In this document: one piece after another, positions 1 through 9,287 of the stretch | Numbering within the stretch: position 1 is the first letter of the stretch | How the letters are laid out: every line of letters begins with the position of its first letter | Source: Sphingomonas paucimobilis | GTDB lineage: Bacteria > Actinomycetota > Actinomycetes > Propionibacteriales > Nocardioidaceae | Assembly (NCBI GenBank): GCA_943371595.1 | Contig: CALRVO020000001.1 | Span: forward strand, 1 to 35,833 | DNA length: 35,833 bases | Reading direction: 5' to 3' | The notes under the pieces: generated by a model | The model's input: only the letters and a program-made list of their open reading frames with translations | What the model was told of the DNA's origin: nothing | The model's database searches: none | Program-made: the position numbers and the translations under genes

Positions 1-984
1 ACCGCTCATCATCCGCGCGTAGCCCTCGGCGGCGCGGTCGAGCGGGTAGGTCTCGATCATCGACTTGACCCCCTGCAGGACGGCGAAGCGCATCGTGTCC
101 TCGGAGTCCTTGGAGGTGCCGGACGCGTGGCCCACGATCCCGGTGCTGCCCGGGATCAGCGCGAACGGCGGCACCTGGATCGGGTCGGTCGAGGCGCCGA
201 CGACGACCATCCGGCCACGCGGGCGCAGGCCGCCGACGACCGCGCTCATCGCGTCGGGCGCCGTGACGGTCGCCAGGATGGCCGAGGCCCCACCGAGGGC
301 CTGCAGGGCCTCGGCGACGTCCTGGGCCGTGGAGTCGACGTAGTGGTGCGCCCCGAGCCGCTCGGCCTGCTCCTTCTTGTCGGTGCCGCGGGCGATCGCG
401 ACGGTCTCGAAGCCCATCCGCCGCGCCATCTGCACGCCCAGGTGGCCGAGGCCGCCGACCCCGAGCACGGCGACCAGGTCGCCGGCGCGGGCGCCGCTGT
501 CGCGCAGGGCGTTGAACGTCGTGATGCCGGCGCACATCAGCGGCGCGGCCTGCTCGGCGCTGAGGTCGTCGGGGATGGCTGCGAGCGCGTCCTGCGGGAC
601 CACGACGTGGTCGGCGTACCCGCCGTCGTAGGCGATGCCGGGCACCTTGCCGTTGGGGCAGCTGATGAAGTCGCCGCGGCGGCACGGGTCGCAGTGACCG
701 CAGCTTCCGCCGAACCAGCCGATCCCGACACGGTCGCCCACCGACCACGGCTCGACGTCGTCCCCCACGGCCGACACGCTGCCGGCGATCTCGTGGCCCG
801 GGACCCGCGGGAGCTCGATGCCCGGCATCCAGCCCTCGACGGTGAAGGCGTCGGAGTGGCACACCCCGCAGGCCTCGACCCGCACCACCACCTCGCCGCG
901 ACCCGGCGTCGGCACCTCCCGCTCGACCATCTCCAGCGTGCCGGTGCTGGTCACCTGTACTGCCCTGCTCGTCTGCTCGCTCAT
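1..984 (-). CDS. Zinc-dependent alcohol dehydrogenase (MDR family), 3' end beyond window
   Basis: Manual translation from ATG at 984: MSEQTSRAVQV...EACGVCHSD...PGHEIAG (catalytic Zn motifs), a structural Cys cluster, a GLGGLG Rossmann motif, and ...EGYARMMSG at the window edge. Absent from the ORF track because it is truncated. Confidence 0.93.
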   Translation of the reverse strand, partial: MSEQTSRAVQVTSTGTLEMVEREVPTPGRGEVVVRVEACGVCHSDAFTVEGWMPGIELPRVPGHEIAGSVSAVGDDVEPWSVGDRVGIGWFGGSCGHCDPCRRGDFISCPNGKVPGIAYDGGYADHVVVPQDALAAIPDDLSAEQAAPLMCAGITTFNALRDSGARAGDLVAVLGVGGLGHLGVQMARRMGFETVAIARGTDKKEQAERLGAHHYVDSTAQDVAEALQALGGASAILATVTAPDAMSAVVGGLRPRGRMVVVGASTDPIQVPPFALIPGSTGIVGHASGTSKDSEDTMRFAVLQGVKSMIETYPLDRAAEGYARMMSG

Positions 985-1077
985 GGGAGCCAGCCCAGCA
1001 GACAGCGCGGTCGCGGCGGTCCACCCCTGATGAGACCGGGGCGGTGACCTCGACGACGGTGGCAGCAGCGACAGCGG

Positions 1078-2535
1078 TCAGCCCCCGACGGGCGCCTCGA
1101 GGTAGATCGACTTCAGCTCGGTGTACTGGCCCAGGCCCTCGGGCCCGAACTCGCGCCCCAGGCCGGAGGCCTTGTAGCCGCCGAAGGGAGCCGCGAAGTC
1201 CATCGTGTAGGTGTTGACGCCGTAGGTGCCGGTACGCACCCGGCGGGCGACGTCGAGGCCGGCGGCCTGGTCGCCGGTCCACACGGTGCCGGCGAGGCCG
1301 TAGTCGGAGTCGTTGGCGATGCGGACGGCGTCGTCGACGTCGTCGTAGGCGATCACCGACAGGACCGGTCCGAAGATCTCCTCCCGGGCGATCCGCATGC
1401 CGTTGTCGACGTCGGCGAAGACGGTGGGGCGCACGTACCAGCCGCGGTCGAGGCCGTCGGGCATGCCGTTGCCGCCGACGACCAGGCGCGCCCCCTCCTC
1501 CTGGCCGATCGCGATGTACTTCTCGACGCGCTCCTGCTGACGCTGGGCGACCATCGGCCCGATCTCGGTGGCGGGGTCCATCGGGTCGCCGACCTGCATG
1601 CCGCCGACCGCCTCGGCCAGGGCGTCGACGACGTTGGCGTAGTTGGCGCGGGAGGCGAGGATCCGGGTCTGGGCCACGCAGGCCTGCCCGGAGTTCATCA
1701 GCGCGGTGAACTTCAGGCCCTCGATCGCGGTGGTGAGGTCGGCGTCGTCGAGCACGATCGCGGCGGACTTGCCGCCGAGCTCGAGGCTGACCCGCTTGAG
1801 CTGGGCCCCGCAGACCGCGGCGATCTTGCGCCCGGCGTCGGTGGAGCCGGTGAAGGCGACCTTGTCGATGCCGGGATGGGCGACCAGGTGCTCGCCGACC
1901 TCGCGCCCGCCGGCGACGATGTTGACGACACCGGCCGGCACACCGGCCTCCTGGAGCAGCTCGGCCATCAGGTAGCCGTCGAGCGGGGTCTCGGGGGCGG
2001 GCTTGACCACGACCGTGCAGCCGGCGAGCAGCGCCGGGACCACCTTGGACATGATCGTGAACTGCGGGACGTTCCACGGCGGGATCGCGGCGACCACGCC
2101 GACGGGCTCGCGGCGCACCACGACCGGGGTGCCGAGCACGCCGGTGCGGGTCTCCTCCCAGGGGTAGTCGCGCGCGATCCCCAGGAACGCCTCGATCTGC
2201 ATCCACGGCGCCGGCGCCTGGGCCAGGTTGGAGAACGACGTCGGCGCGCCCATCTCGGTGGTGATCACGTCGGCCATCTCGCCCAGCCGGGCGGCGTACA
2301 GCCCGGAGAAGGCCTGGACGACGTCGATCCGCTCCTGGGGCGTGAGCCGGGGCCACGGCCCCTCGTCGAAGGCCCGCCGCGCCGCGGCGACCGCGGCGTC
2401 GATGTCGGCGACGGTGCCCTCGGGCACGGTCGCGACGACCTGCTCGGTGTGGGGCGAGACCACCTGCAGGGTCTGTCCGGAAGCGGGTGCGGCCCAGCCG
2501 CCGTCGATGAAGAACGCGTCGCGGTCGAGGGTCAT
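1078..2535 (-). CDS. NAD(P)-dependent aldehyde dehydrogenase
   Basis: PWN, FTGS, ELGGKS, GQAC (catalytic Cys), EEIFGP and PFGGYK motifs. Start taken at ATG 2535 (MTLDRDAFFIDG). Confidence 0.95.
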   Translation of the reverse strand: MTLDRDAFFIDGGWAAPASGQTLQVVSPHTEQVVATVPEGTVADIDAAVAAARRAFDEGPWPRLTPQERIDVVQAFSGLYAARLGEMADVITTEMGAPTSFSNLAQAPAPWMQIEAFLGIARDYPWEETRTGVLGTPVVVRREPVGVVAAIPPWNVPQFTIMSKVVPALLAGCTVVVKPAPETPLDGYLMAELLQEAGVPAGVVNIVAGGREVGEHLVAHPGIDKVAFTGSTDAGRKIAAVCGAQLKRVSLELGGKSAAIVLDDADLTTAIEGLKFTALMNSGQACVAQTRILASRANYANVVDALAEAVGGMQVGDPMDPATEIGPMVAQRQQERVEKYIAIGQEEGARLVVGGNGMPDGLDRGWYVRPTVFADVDNGMRIAREEIFGPVLSVIAYDDVDDAVRIANDSDYGLAGTVWTGDQAAGLDVARRVRTGTYGVNTYTMDFAAPFGGYKASGLGREFGPEGLGQYTELKSIYLEAPVGG

Positions 2536-2560
2536 GGGGTCTCCGTCGGGGTCGGTGTGG

Positions 2561-3703
2561 TCAGGGGGCGAGGGTGAACCAGTCGGCGAAGCCGGAGGGG
2601 TCGTGGCGGCCCAGGGCACCGTGCTCGAAGAGGCCCCAGCCCTCCTGGGCCTCGCCCCCTGCGTGCCGGCACGTGGCGCGCCCGACGTGGTCGATGACGC
2701 CGAACATGACGCGGCCGGCCACGTCGGGGGCGCTGACGTCGTAGGTGACGCGCTCGGTGAACCCGGCGCCCCGCCAGACGCCGTGGGTCCAGTCGGGGTC
2801 GCCGCCGTAGCCGCCGCCGACGTGGAGGGGTACGGCGAGCCGCGACTCGACCTCGATCTCCAGCGGTGTGCGGTCGGGCGTGGTGCAGGTGATGCTCGCG
2901 CCGGTGGGGACCCGGGTGCCGGAGGCGTAGCGCACGCTGACCCGGGGCCAGCCCAGCTGCTCGACGCGGCCGTCGGCCCAGACCCGGTGACAGTCGTTGA
3001 GCGCGCGGTAGCCGTCGGGCTCCTCCTGGATGATCAGGCACAGCATGAAGTCGTCGAAGCGCATCGGCACGTAGAGCCACCACATGCCCTCGAACTCGGG
3101 GGTGGCCGGCGCCCCCGCGGGCGGGGCCTCCCCCACGGGCCGGATGCCCCACGACCGGTCCCGGCTGCCGACCCAGCGGTCGGGCGTGACGGGGAGGTCG
3201 GTGCCGTCGACGGTGATCACGCCCTCCCACGTGCCGACCTGGGCGAAGCGCTGGGCGTCGAGGGTGACCCGCGAGCCGGCCCGCATCACGTGGGGCATCT
3301 CCTGCAACGCGGGGAACGACCCGGTCCAGGTCAGGTCGGCGGCGATCCCCTCGGTCTCCTCCAGCACCATCCGGACCCGCTGCAGGGGCTCGTGGACCTC
3401 GAGCCGGTAGCCGCCGACGTGCTGGTTCATCCGGTCGTCGTCGATCGGGTCGCCCAGGTGCACCGCCGTCTGCTCGTCACCGCGGCGGAGCAGGAAGAAC
3501 GCGTCCTTGGTGCCGAGGTTGGGGTAGTAGCCGTGGCCGAAGATCGCGAAGACGTCGCCGCTGCGGTCGTGGGCGTTGAAGTAGGACCGGTCGTAGAAGT
3601 TGCGGTCGCTCGAGGCCGCCCAGGTCACCGGCAGGGGTGCCTGGTGGATCGGGTACTCGTCGAGGCCGCTCAGGCCGTGCGTGGTCGGCCGCGGGCCCGC
3701 CAC
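2561..3703 (-). CDS. Conserved actinobacterial hypothetical protein, M. tuberculosis Rv3169-like
   Basis: LDEYPIHQ..SSDRNFYDRSYFNAHD and RDRSWGIRPVGE match my recollection of Rv3169. Lies 4 nt downstream of the APH-like gene. Confidence 0.8.
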   Translation of the reverse strand: MAGPRPTTHGLSGLDEYPIHQAPLPVTWAASSDRNFYDRSYFNAHDRSGDVFAIFGHGYYPNLGTKDAFFLLRRGDEQTAVHLGDPIDDDRMNQHVGGYRLEVHEPLQRVRMVLEETEGIAADLTWTGSFPALQEMPHVMRAGSRVTLDAQRFAQVGTWEGVITVDGTDLPVTPDRWVGSRDRSWGIRPVGEAPPAGAPATPEFEGMWWLYVPMRFDDFMLCLIIQEEPDGYRALNDCHRVWADGRVEQLGWPRVSVRYASGTRVPTGASITCTTPDRTPLEIEVESRLAVPLHVGGGYGGDPDWTHGVWRGAGFTERVTYDVSAPDVAGRVMFGVIDHVGRATCRHAGGEAQEGWGLFEHGALGRHDPSGFADWFTLAP

Positions 3704-3707
3704 GCCC

Positions 3708-4856
3708 TCAGGCCCCCGCCCGCTCGAGGATCGACTCCATGAGCAGCTTGTGGTGCATCAGGGTCTCGAGGTCGTCGGGCCGCTCGATCTCGCCGAAGTG
3801 GATCGAGCGGGCGCCGGTGCGCATGAAGACGATGCACCACTGGACCGCGTTGTAGAGGTGGAACCAGGTCAGGTCACCGAGCGTGACGCCGGTGAGCTCC
3901 TCGTAGGTCGCCGTGACGTCGCCCTCGTAGAGGAACTCGGGCATCCCCGGCATGCCCATCACGCCGGTGATGGACTCGAAGACCATGTGGGCGAAGACCA
4001 TCCACGACACGTCGAGCTCGCGGGGCCCGATCGCGGCCATCTCCCAATCGAGCACCGCGACCGGCTCGAAGTCGCGGTAGATCATGTTGCCGATGCGGCT
4101 GTCGCCCCAGCACAGCACCACGTCGCCGCTTCCGGCCGCCTCGGCCTCGGGCAGGTGCGCCTCGAGCCAAGCCAGGCCGCGCTCGGCCAGCGGTGAGCGA
4201 CCGATGTCGCCGACCGCGAAGTCGTACCAGGCGCGGGTGCGCGCCAGGTTGCGCGCGAGCGGGGTGGCCCCGGGCTGCTGAGGGTCGAGGAAGGCGAAGG
4301 TCGTCTGCGCCTCCGGGATCGCGTGCAGGTCGGCGATCACCTTCACCGACGCGTCCTGCAGCCGTCGCTGCTCCTGCGGCGTCGCGTCGTGGAGCCAGTT
4401 GTCGCCGAAGTTGTAGGGCAGCACGTCCTGCGGGATGACGCCCTCGACCCGGTCCATGAGGAAGAACGGGGTGCCGAGGACCGCACCGGTGAGCTCGCTG
4501 AACCCCACCCGCGGCACCGGCACGTCGCTCAGCTCGGCGACCCGCCGCATGACGTCGTACTGGTCCTGCAGGGCGTACGTCGGGAACACCGGGAAGTCCT
4601 CGGCCGCGGGGGCCACCCGGGCGACGTAGGGACGGGTGGTGCGGGTGCCGTCGTCGGCGGTCCAGGTGGCGTCGAGCACCAACGTCTCCGAGCTCATCCC
4701 GTTGGCGTCGATCCCGGCGTGCAGCGTGACCTCGGGCTCGGCCCCCGCCGGCAGCACCGTGGCGAGCCAGTCGGCCAGGAGGAGGGGCACGGTGCTGGGG
4801 TCGCGGCTCGAGCGCTGCATCGTCAGGTCGGCGGCGGGCGGTGTGGCTCGGGTCAC
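3708..4856 (-). CDS. Aminoglycoside-phosphotransferase-like kinase, Rv3168-like
   Basis: GMSSET, WGDSRIGN (catalytic loop) and LDWE motifs. The QRSSRD N-terminus resembles Rv3168 (recall). Confidence 0.88.
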   Translation of the reverse strand: MTRATPPAADLTMQRSSRDPSTVPLLLADWLATVLPAGAEPEVTLHAGIDANGMSSETLVLDATWTADDGTRTTRPYVARVAPAAEDFPVFPTYALQDQYDVMRRVAELSDVPVPRVGFSELTGAVLGTPFFLMDRVEGVIPQDVLPYNFGDNWLHDATPQEQRRLQDASVKVIADLHAIPEAQTTFAFLDPQQPGATPLARNLARTRAWYDFAVGDIGRSPLAERGLAWLEAHLPEAEAAGSGDVVLCWGDSRIGNMIYRDFEPVAVLDWEMAAIGPRELDVSWMVFAHMVFESITGVMGMPGMPEFLYEGDVTATYEELTGVTLGDLTWFHLYNAVQWCIVFMRTGARSIHFGEIERPDDLETLMHHKLLMESILERAGA

Positions 4857-4863
4857 ATTCCCG

Positions 4864-4893
4864 AGTCTCAGTGGAACGTGTTCTAGTTGTCAA
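4864..4893 (-). promoter_or_regulatory. Sigma-A-type promoter with an embedded KstR-like operator (4872-4885)
   Basis: Minus strand: TTGACA (4893-4888), 18 nt, GAGACT (4869-4864), 7 nt, GTG start. The spacer contains TAGAACACGTTCCA, which fits TnnAACnnGTTnnA. Confidence 0.7.
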
Positions 4894-4996
4894 TGAGGCC
4901 GGCCCGCCGCGGCGGCAGCGACCTGAGCTCGGTCGGGTGACCAGACCACCGCCCAGCGAATCGGCCGGCCCCGCACCGGGATGTTTGACTTCGCCC

Positions 4997-6517
4997 GTGT
5001 CTTCCGGTCTCGGTCCCGCCGTCTCCGCTCCCCGTCGTCCCTGGCTGACGCTGGTCGTCGTGGTCGCGCTGGCGCTCGGTGCGCTGGCGGTCGCCGTCGT
5101 CAGCCAGCGTGCGAGCTCCTCGGCGAGCACGACCACGACCGGGGAGGTGCGGGTCCGGAACGCGATCCTGTTCCTGGTCGACGACCTGCCCGACTTCAGC
5201 TGTGCCGAGGCCGACCGCTACCTGCCCCGCAGCAGCCACTGGCTGCGCGAGCAGGGCACCTGCTTCGAGTCGGCCACGACCTCGACCCCGGTGTGCTGCC
5301 CGGCCCGCGCGCAGATCCAGACCGGTCAGCTCGCCCACAACAACCGGGTCGTCAGCCAGACAGCGGCGCGCAACCTCGACCCCCGGGTCACCGTCCAGCA
5401 CGAGCTGGCCCTGCTCGGCATCGACACCTACGGCCTCGGCAAGAACCTCAACGGCATCGAGGCCAGCGACTACTTCGGGCCCGACGCCCTCGACACCGGG
5501 TTCGCCCACTTCGACTTCTGGAACTCCTACCGGGGCGCCCCCGGCGCCTTCAAGCGCTACGACGACCTCGGCCGCAAGTACACCCCGACCGACGGGCTCA
5601 CCACGACCGAGACCAACGGCGCCCTGCTCGACGCCTACCTCGACGACAAGCTCGCGTCCGGTGACCCGTTCTTCGTCTACGACGCCTTCTTCGCCCCGCA
5701 CAAGCAGGGTGTCGGGGCGAGCGCCGCCGACCTCCCCTACGTCTCCGCCAAGCACGCCGACAGCCCGGTGCCGCGCTTCCGCTACGCCCCGGAGGTCGAC
5801 GCGTCCGACAAGCTCAGGATCTTCCGCGGCGCCCGCTTCTCCCGCACCTACTACCACCGGCTCTTCACGGCCCGCGTGCGCGCGCTCTACGACGTCGACG
5901 ACCAGATCGCCCGCACCTTCGAGCGCCTCGAGGACGCCGGCGTGCTCGACCAGACCGCGATCATCTTCACCAGCGACAACGGCTACACCGACCGCGGCCA
6001 GGACAACTGGGAGGGCAAGTCCATCCCCTACCCGGCCGCCACCAACATCCCGATGCTCGCGTGGTTCCCCGGCCGCGCGCCGGCGGTCGACAAGAAGCCG
6101 GTCGCGCTGATCGACATCGCCCCGACCCTCTACGACGTCCTCGGCGTCACGCCCGGTCACGTGCTCGACGGGCACTCCCTGCTCAGCGACCACCGCCGCG
6201 ACCACGTCTTCGCCGAGTTCTACAACGAGAACAGCGGACCCTCGCGCCGCGAGTCGGGCCCACTGGTCTCCCACCTCGACTCGTGGCGGGTGGTCAAGCA
6301 GGGCCGCCAGGCCTACGTCGAGTGGTACGACGCCGACGGTGCCGTGGCGTTCCGCGAGTTCTACCGCGACCCGGGCATGATCAAGAACCTCCTCGCGCCC
6401 ACGCACCGCCGCGAGCGCCCCTCCCCCGACACCGTGCGCCGCTTCCGCGCGCTGCTCGACCGTTACGGCACGTGCGCGGGCACCGAGGAGCAGGGCAGCC
6501 CGAACCCCTGTCCCTGA
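4997..6517 (+). CDS. Exported/membrane-anchored Cys-type sulfatase
   Basis: N-terminal hydrophobic stretch, ILFLVDD, CCPARA (CxPxR formylglycine motif), FTSDNG, DIAPT. Start uncertain (GTG 4997 or TTG 4985). Confidence 0.88.
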   Translation: MSSGLGPAVSAPRRPWLTLVVVVALALGALAVAVVSQRASSSASTTTTGEVRVRNAILFLVDDLPDFSCAEADRYLPRSSHWLREQGTCFESATTSTPVCCPARAQIQTGQLAHNNRVVSQTAARNLDPRVTVQHELALLGIDTYGLGKNLNGIEASDYFGPDALDTGFAHFDFWNSYRGAPGAFKRYDDLGRKYTPTDGLTTTETNGALLDAYLDDKLASGDPFFVYDAFFAPHKQGVGASAADLPYVSAKHADSPVPRFRYAPEVDASDKLRIFRGARFSRTYYHRLFTARVRALYDVDDQIARTFERLEDAGVLDQTAIIFTSDNGYTDRGQDNWEGKSIPYPAATNIPMLAWFPGRAPAVDKKPVALIDIAPTLYDVLGVTPGHVLDGHSLLSDHRRDHVFAEFYNENSGPSRRESGPLVSHLDSWRVVKQGRQAYVEWYDADGAVAFREFYRDPGMIKNLLAPTHRRERPSPDTVRRFRALLDRYGTCAGTEEQGSPNPCP

Positions 6518-6535
6518 CCGGGAGGGCCGGCCCGC

Positions 6536-6934
6536 TCAGGCGAGCACCGCGTGGCTGGTGACGGCGCGCGCGACCAGGCGTCCGGCCTGGTGGATCTCGG
6601 CCTCGGCCGACGCGATCCGGCGGCCGGCGCTGACGCAGCGCGCGGCACAGACCAGGGTGGTGCCCGGGGTCGCGGCGCGGACGTACTGGACGGTGAGCTG
6701 CACGTGCGGCGCCGGCACGCCGGGAGGCAGCCGGGCGTGGACGGCCCAGCCCGTGGCGCTGTCGAGGAGCGCGCTGAGGTAGCCGCCGTGCAGGATGCCG
6801 CCGCCGTTGCAGTGCTCGGCCGCAGGATCGGCCTCGATCACGGCGCCGTCCTCGGTGGCCCTGACCAGCCGGAAGCCCAGGAGCTGCGAGAACGGGCCGG
6901 GACCGTTGCCGGGGACCTCCGCGTTGTTCGTCAC
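6536..6934 (-). CDS. PaaI-family hotdog-fold thioesterase
   Basis: NGGGILHGG..LLD motif. GTG start at 6934 is preceded by a TACCGT -10-like hexamer. Confidence 0.9.
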   Translation of the reverse strand: MTNNAEVPGNGPGPFSQLLGFRLVRATEDGAVIEADPAAEHCNGGGILHGGYLSALLDSATGWAVHARLPPGVPAPHVQLTVQYVRAATPGTTLVCAARCVSAGRRIASAEAEIHQAGRLVARAVTSHAVLA

Positions 6935-6970
6935 CGGGGTGACGGTAGTGCCCGCCCTCTTGCGCCAAGG

Positions 6971-6989
6971 AATGAACCGGAGTTCACTT
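6971..6989. promoter_or_regulatory. Palindromic operator, probably of the adjacent TetR
   Basis: TGAAC-CGGA-GTTCA (6973-6986) in the 60-bp gap between the divergent PaaI and TetR genes. Confidence 0.55.
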
Positions 6990-6994
6990 GTTCG

Positions 6995-7639
6995 GTGCCC
7001 TACCGCCGTACCCCCGCCGTGCAGGAGCGGCTCGACGCCACCCGCACCGCGATCGTGCACGCCGCGCACGCGCTCGTCGCCGAGCGCGGGTACGCCGGGT
7101 GCTCGGTCGCGCTCGTCGCCGCCGAGGCGGGCGTGGCGACCGGCACCGTCTACCGCCACTTCCCCGACAAGGGCGCGCTGTTCGCCGAGGTGTTCCGCGT
7201 CGCGACGCAGCGCGAGGTCGACGCGGTCACCGCCGCGGTCACCGGGCCCGGGCCGGTGGGCGAGCGGCTCGGCCGGGCCGTCAGGACCTTCGCCGGCCGC
7301 GCGCTCCGGTCGCCGCGCCTGGCCTACGCCCTGATCGCCGAGCCCGTCGACCCGCAGGTCGAGGCCGAGCGCCTCGCCTACCGGCGTGCCTACCGCGACA
7401 TCTTCGCCGCGCTCATCGCCGACGCGGTCGCGCGCGGCGAGCTGCCTGCCCAGGACGCCCAGGTCTCGGCGGCCGGCGTCGTCGGGGCGATGGCCGAGGC
7501 GCTCGTGGTCCCCCTGCACGCGGGGGTCTCGACCGGCTCGACCGCCAACGGCTCGACCGCCAACGGCTCGACCACTGACGGCTCGACCACCGACCACCTC
7601 ACCGCCTTCCTCACCCGATCGATCGGAGCCACGCCATGA
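6995..7639 (+). CDS. TetR/AcrR family transcriptional regulator
   Basis: GTG start MPYRRTPAVQERL; HTH VAAEAGVATGTVYRHF; ATGA overlap with the acyl-CoA dehydrogenase. Confidence 0.93.
   Translation: MPYRRTPAVQERLDATRTAIVHAAHALVAERGYAGCSVALVAAEAGVATGTVYRHFPDKGALFAEVFRVATQREVDAVTAAVTGPGPVGERLGRAVRTFAGRALRSPRLAYALIAEPVDPQVEAERLAYRRAYRDIFAALIADAVARGELPAQDAQVSAAGVVGAMAEALVVPLHAGVSTGSTANGSTANGSTTDGSTTDHLTAFLTRSIGATP
7535..7594 (+). repeat. In-frame 15-bp tandem repeat x4 (GSTAN/GSTTD)
   Basis: GGCTCGACCGCCAAC x2, then GGCTCGACCACTGAC and GGCTCGACCACCGAC. Confidence 0.9.
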
Positions 7640-9267
7640 GCACCACGCACGAGGTCACCAACCAGGTCCCGCCGCTCGTCGGCCACGACACCGCCCAGGA
7701 CCCCGCGCTGCTCGCGGCGGTCGAGCGCGAGGGGGCGGGGTGGGCGCTCGACGAGATCCACGCGCTCGGCCGGCTCGCCGGCACCGAGGAGGCGCAGGAG
7801 CAGGGACGGCTCGCCGAGCGGGTGCCACCGGTGCTGCGCACCCACGACCGCTACGGCCACCGCGTCGACGAGGTCGACTACGTCCCGGCCTACCACCAGC
7901 TGATGACCACCGCGGTCGAGCACGGGCTGCACGGCGCCCCGTGGGCCGACGAGCGTCCCGGCGCCCACGTCGCCCGCGCCGCCAAGTTCCTGGCCTGGAA
8001 CGTCGACGCCGGCCACGGGTGCCCCATCTCGATGACCTACGCCGTCGTCCCGGCCCTGCGCGCGGCGCCCGACCTGGCCGCGACGTACGAGCCGCTGCTC
8101 ACCTCGCGCACCTACGACCCGGGGCTGCGCGTGCCGACCGGCAAGGCCGGGCTGATCGCCGGGATGTCGATGACCGAGAAGCAGGGCGGCTCCGACGTCC
8201 GTGCCAACACGACCCGGGCCGTGCCGCAGCCCGACGGGTCGTGGCGACTGACCGGGCACAAGTGGTTCACCTCGGCTCCGATGTCCGACCTGTTCCTGTC
8301 CCTGGCCCAGACCGACACCGGTCTGTCGTGCTTCCTGGTGCCGCGGGTGCTGCCCGACGGCACGCTCAACCCGATGCGGCTGATGCGGCTCAAGGACAAG
8401 CTCGGCAACAAGTCCAACGCCTCCTCCGAGATCGAGTACGACGACGCGGTGGGCTGGCTGGTCGGCGACGAGGGCCGCGGCGTGCGCACCATCGTGGAGA
8501 TGGTCAACATGACCCGCCTCGACTGCACCCTCGGCACGGCCTCCGGCATGCGCCTGGCCACCGTGCTGGCCACCCACCACGCCCGGCACCGCTCGGCGTT
8601 CGGCCGCCGCCTGGTCGACCAGCCGCTGATGAGGAACGTGCTCGCCGACCTCGTCGTCGAGTCCGAGGCCGCGACCACCGTCGCGATGCGCCTGGCCGGT
8701 GCGACCGACCGCGCGGTGCGCGGCGACCTCGAGGAGGCGTCGTTCCGCCGCCTGGGCCTGGCGGTCTCGAAGTACTGGGTCTGCAAGCGCGGCCCCGCCC
8801 ACGCCGGGGAGGCGATGGAGTGCCTGGGCGGCAACGGCTACGTCGAGGAGTCGGGGATGCCACGGATCTACCGCGAGCTGCCGCTGCTCTCGATCTGGGA
8901 GGGCTCGGGCAACGTCGCCGCCCTCGACGCGCTGCGCGCCATGGGCCGCGAGCCGGAGTCGGTGGAGCGGTTCTTCACCGAGGTCGAGCTCGCCGCCGGC
9001 GCCGACCACCGCCTCGACGACGCCGTCGCACTGGTCAAGAAGGAGCTCTCCGACGCCACCGAGCTCGAGCTGCGTGCCCGCCGCGTCGTCGAGCAGCTGG
9101 CGCTGGTGCTGCAGGGCTCGCTGCTCGTGCAGCACGCGCCGCACGCCGTGGCTGACGCCTTCTGCGCCTCGCGGCTGGCCCGTGACTGGGGTGGCGCGCT
9201 CGGCACCCTGCCGCCGGGGCTCGACCTCGACGCGATCCTCGAGCGGGCGTACGTCGACGTCGGCTGA
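7636..9267 (+). CDS. aidB: AidB/FadE8-like acyl-CoA dehydrogenase
   Basis: THEVTNQ N-terminus, CPISMT, MTEKQGGSDV, GHKWFTSAP, KLGNKSNASSE, GGNGYVEE, IWEGSGN. Confidence 0.9.
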   Translation: MSTTHEVTNQVPPLVGHDTAQDPALLAAVEREGAGWALDEIHALGRLAGTEEAQEQGRLAERVPPVLRTHDRYGHRVDEVDYVPAYHQLMTTAVEHGLHGAPWADERPGAHVARAAKFLAWNVDAGHGCPISMTYAVVPALRAAPDLAATYEPLLTSRTYDPGLRVPTGKAGLIAGMSMTEKQGGSDVRANTTRAVPQPDGSWRLTGHKWFTSAPMSDLFLSLAQTDTGLSCFLVPRVLPDGTLNPMRLMRLKDKLGNKSNASSEIEYDDAVGWLVGDEGRGVRTIVEMVNMTRLDCTLGTASGMRLATVLATHHARHRSAFGRRLVDQPLMRNVLADLVVESEAATTVAMRLAGATDRAVRGDLEEASFRRLGLAVSKYWVCKRGPAHAGEAMECLGGNGYVEESGMPRIYRELPLLSIWEGSGNVAALDALRAMGREPESVERFFTEVELAAGADHRLDDAVALVKKELSDATELELRARRVVEQLALVLQGSLLVQHAPHAVADAFCASRLARDWGGALGTLPPGLDLDAILERAYVDVG

Positions 9268-9287
9268 GCGAGCGGGAACGACCACGC

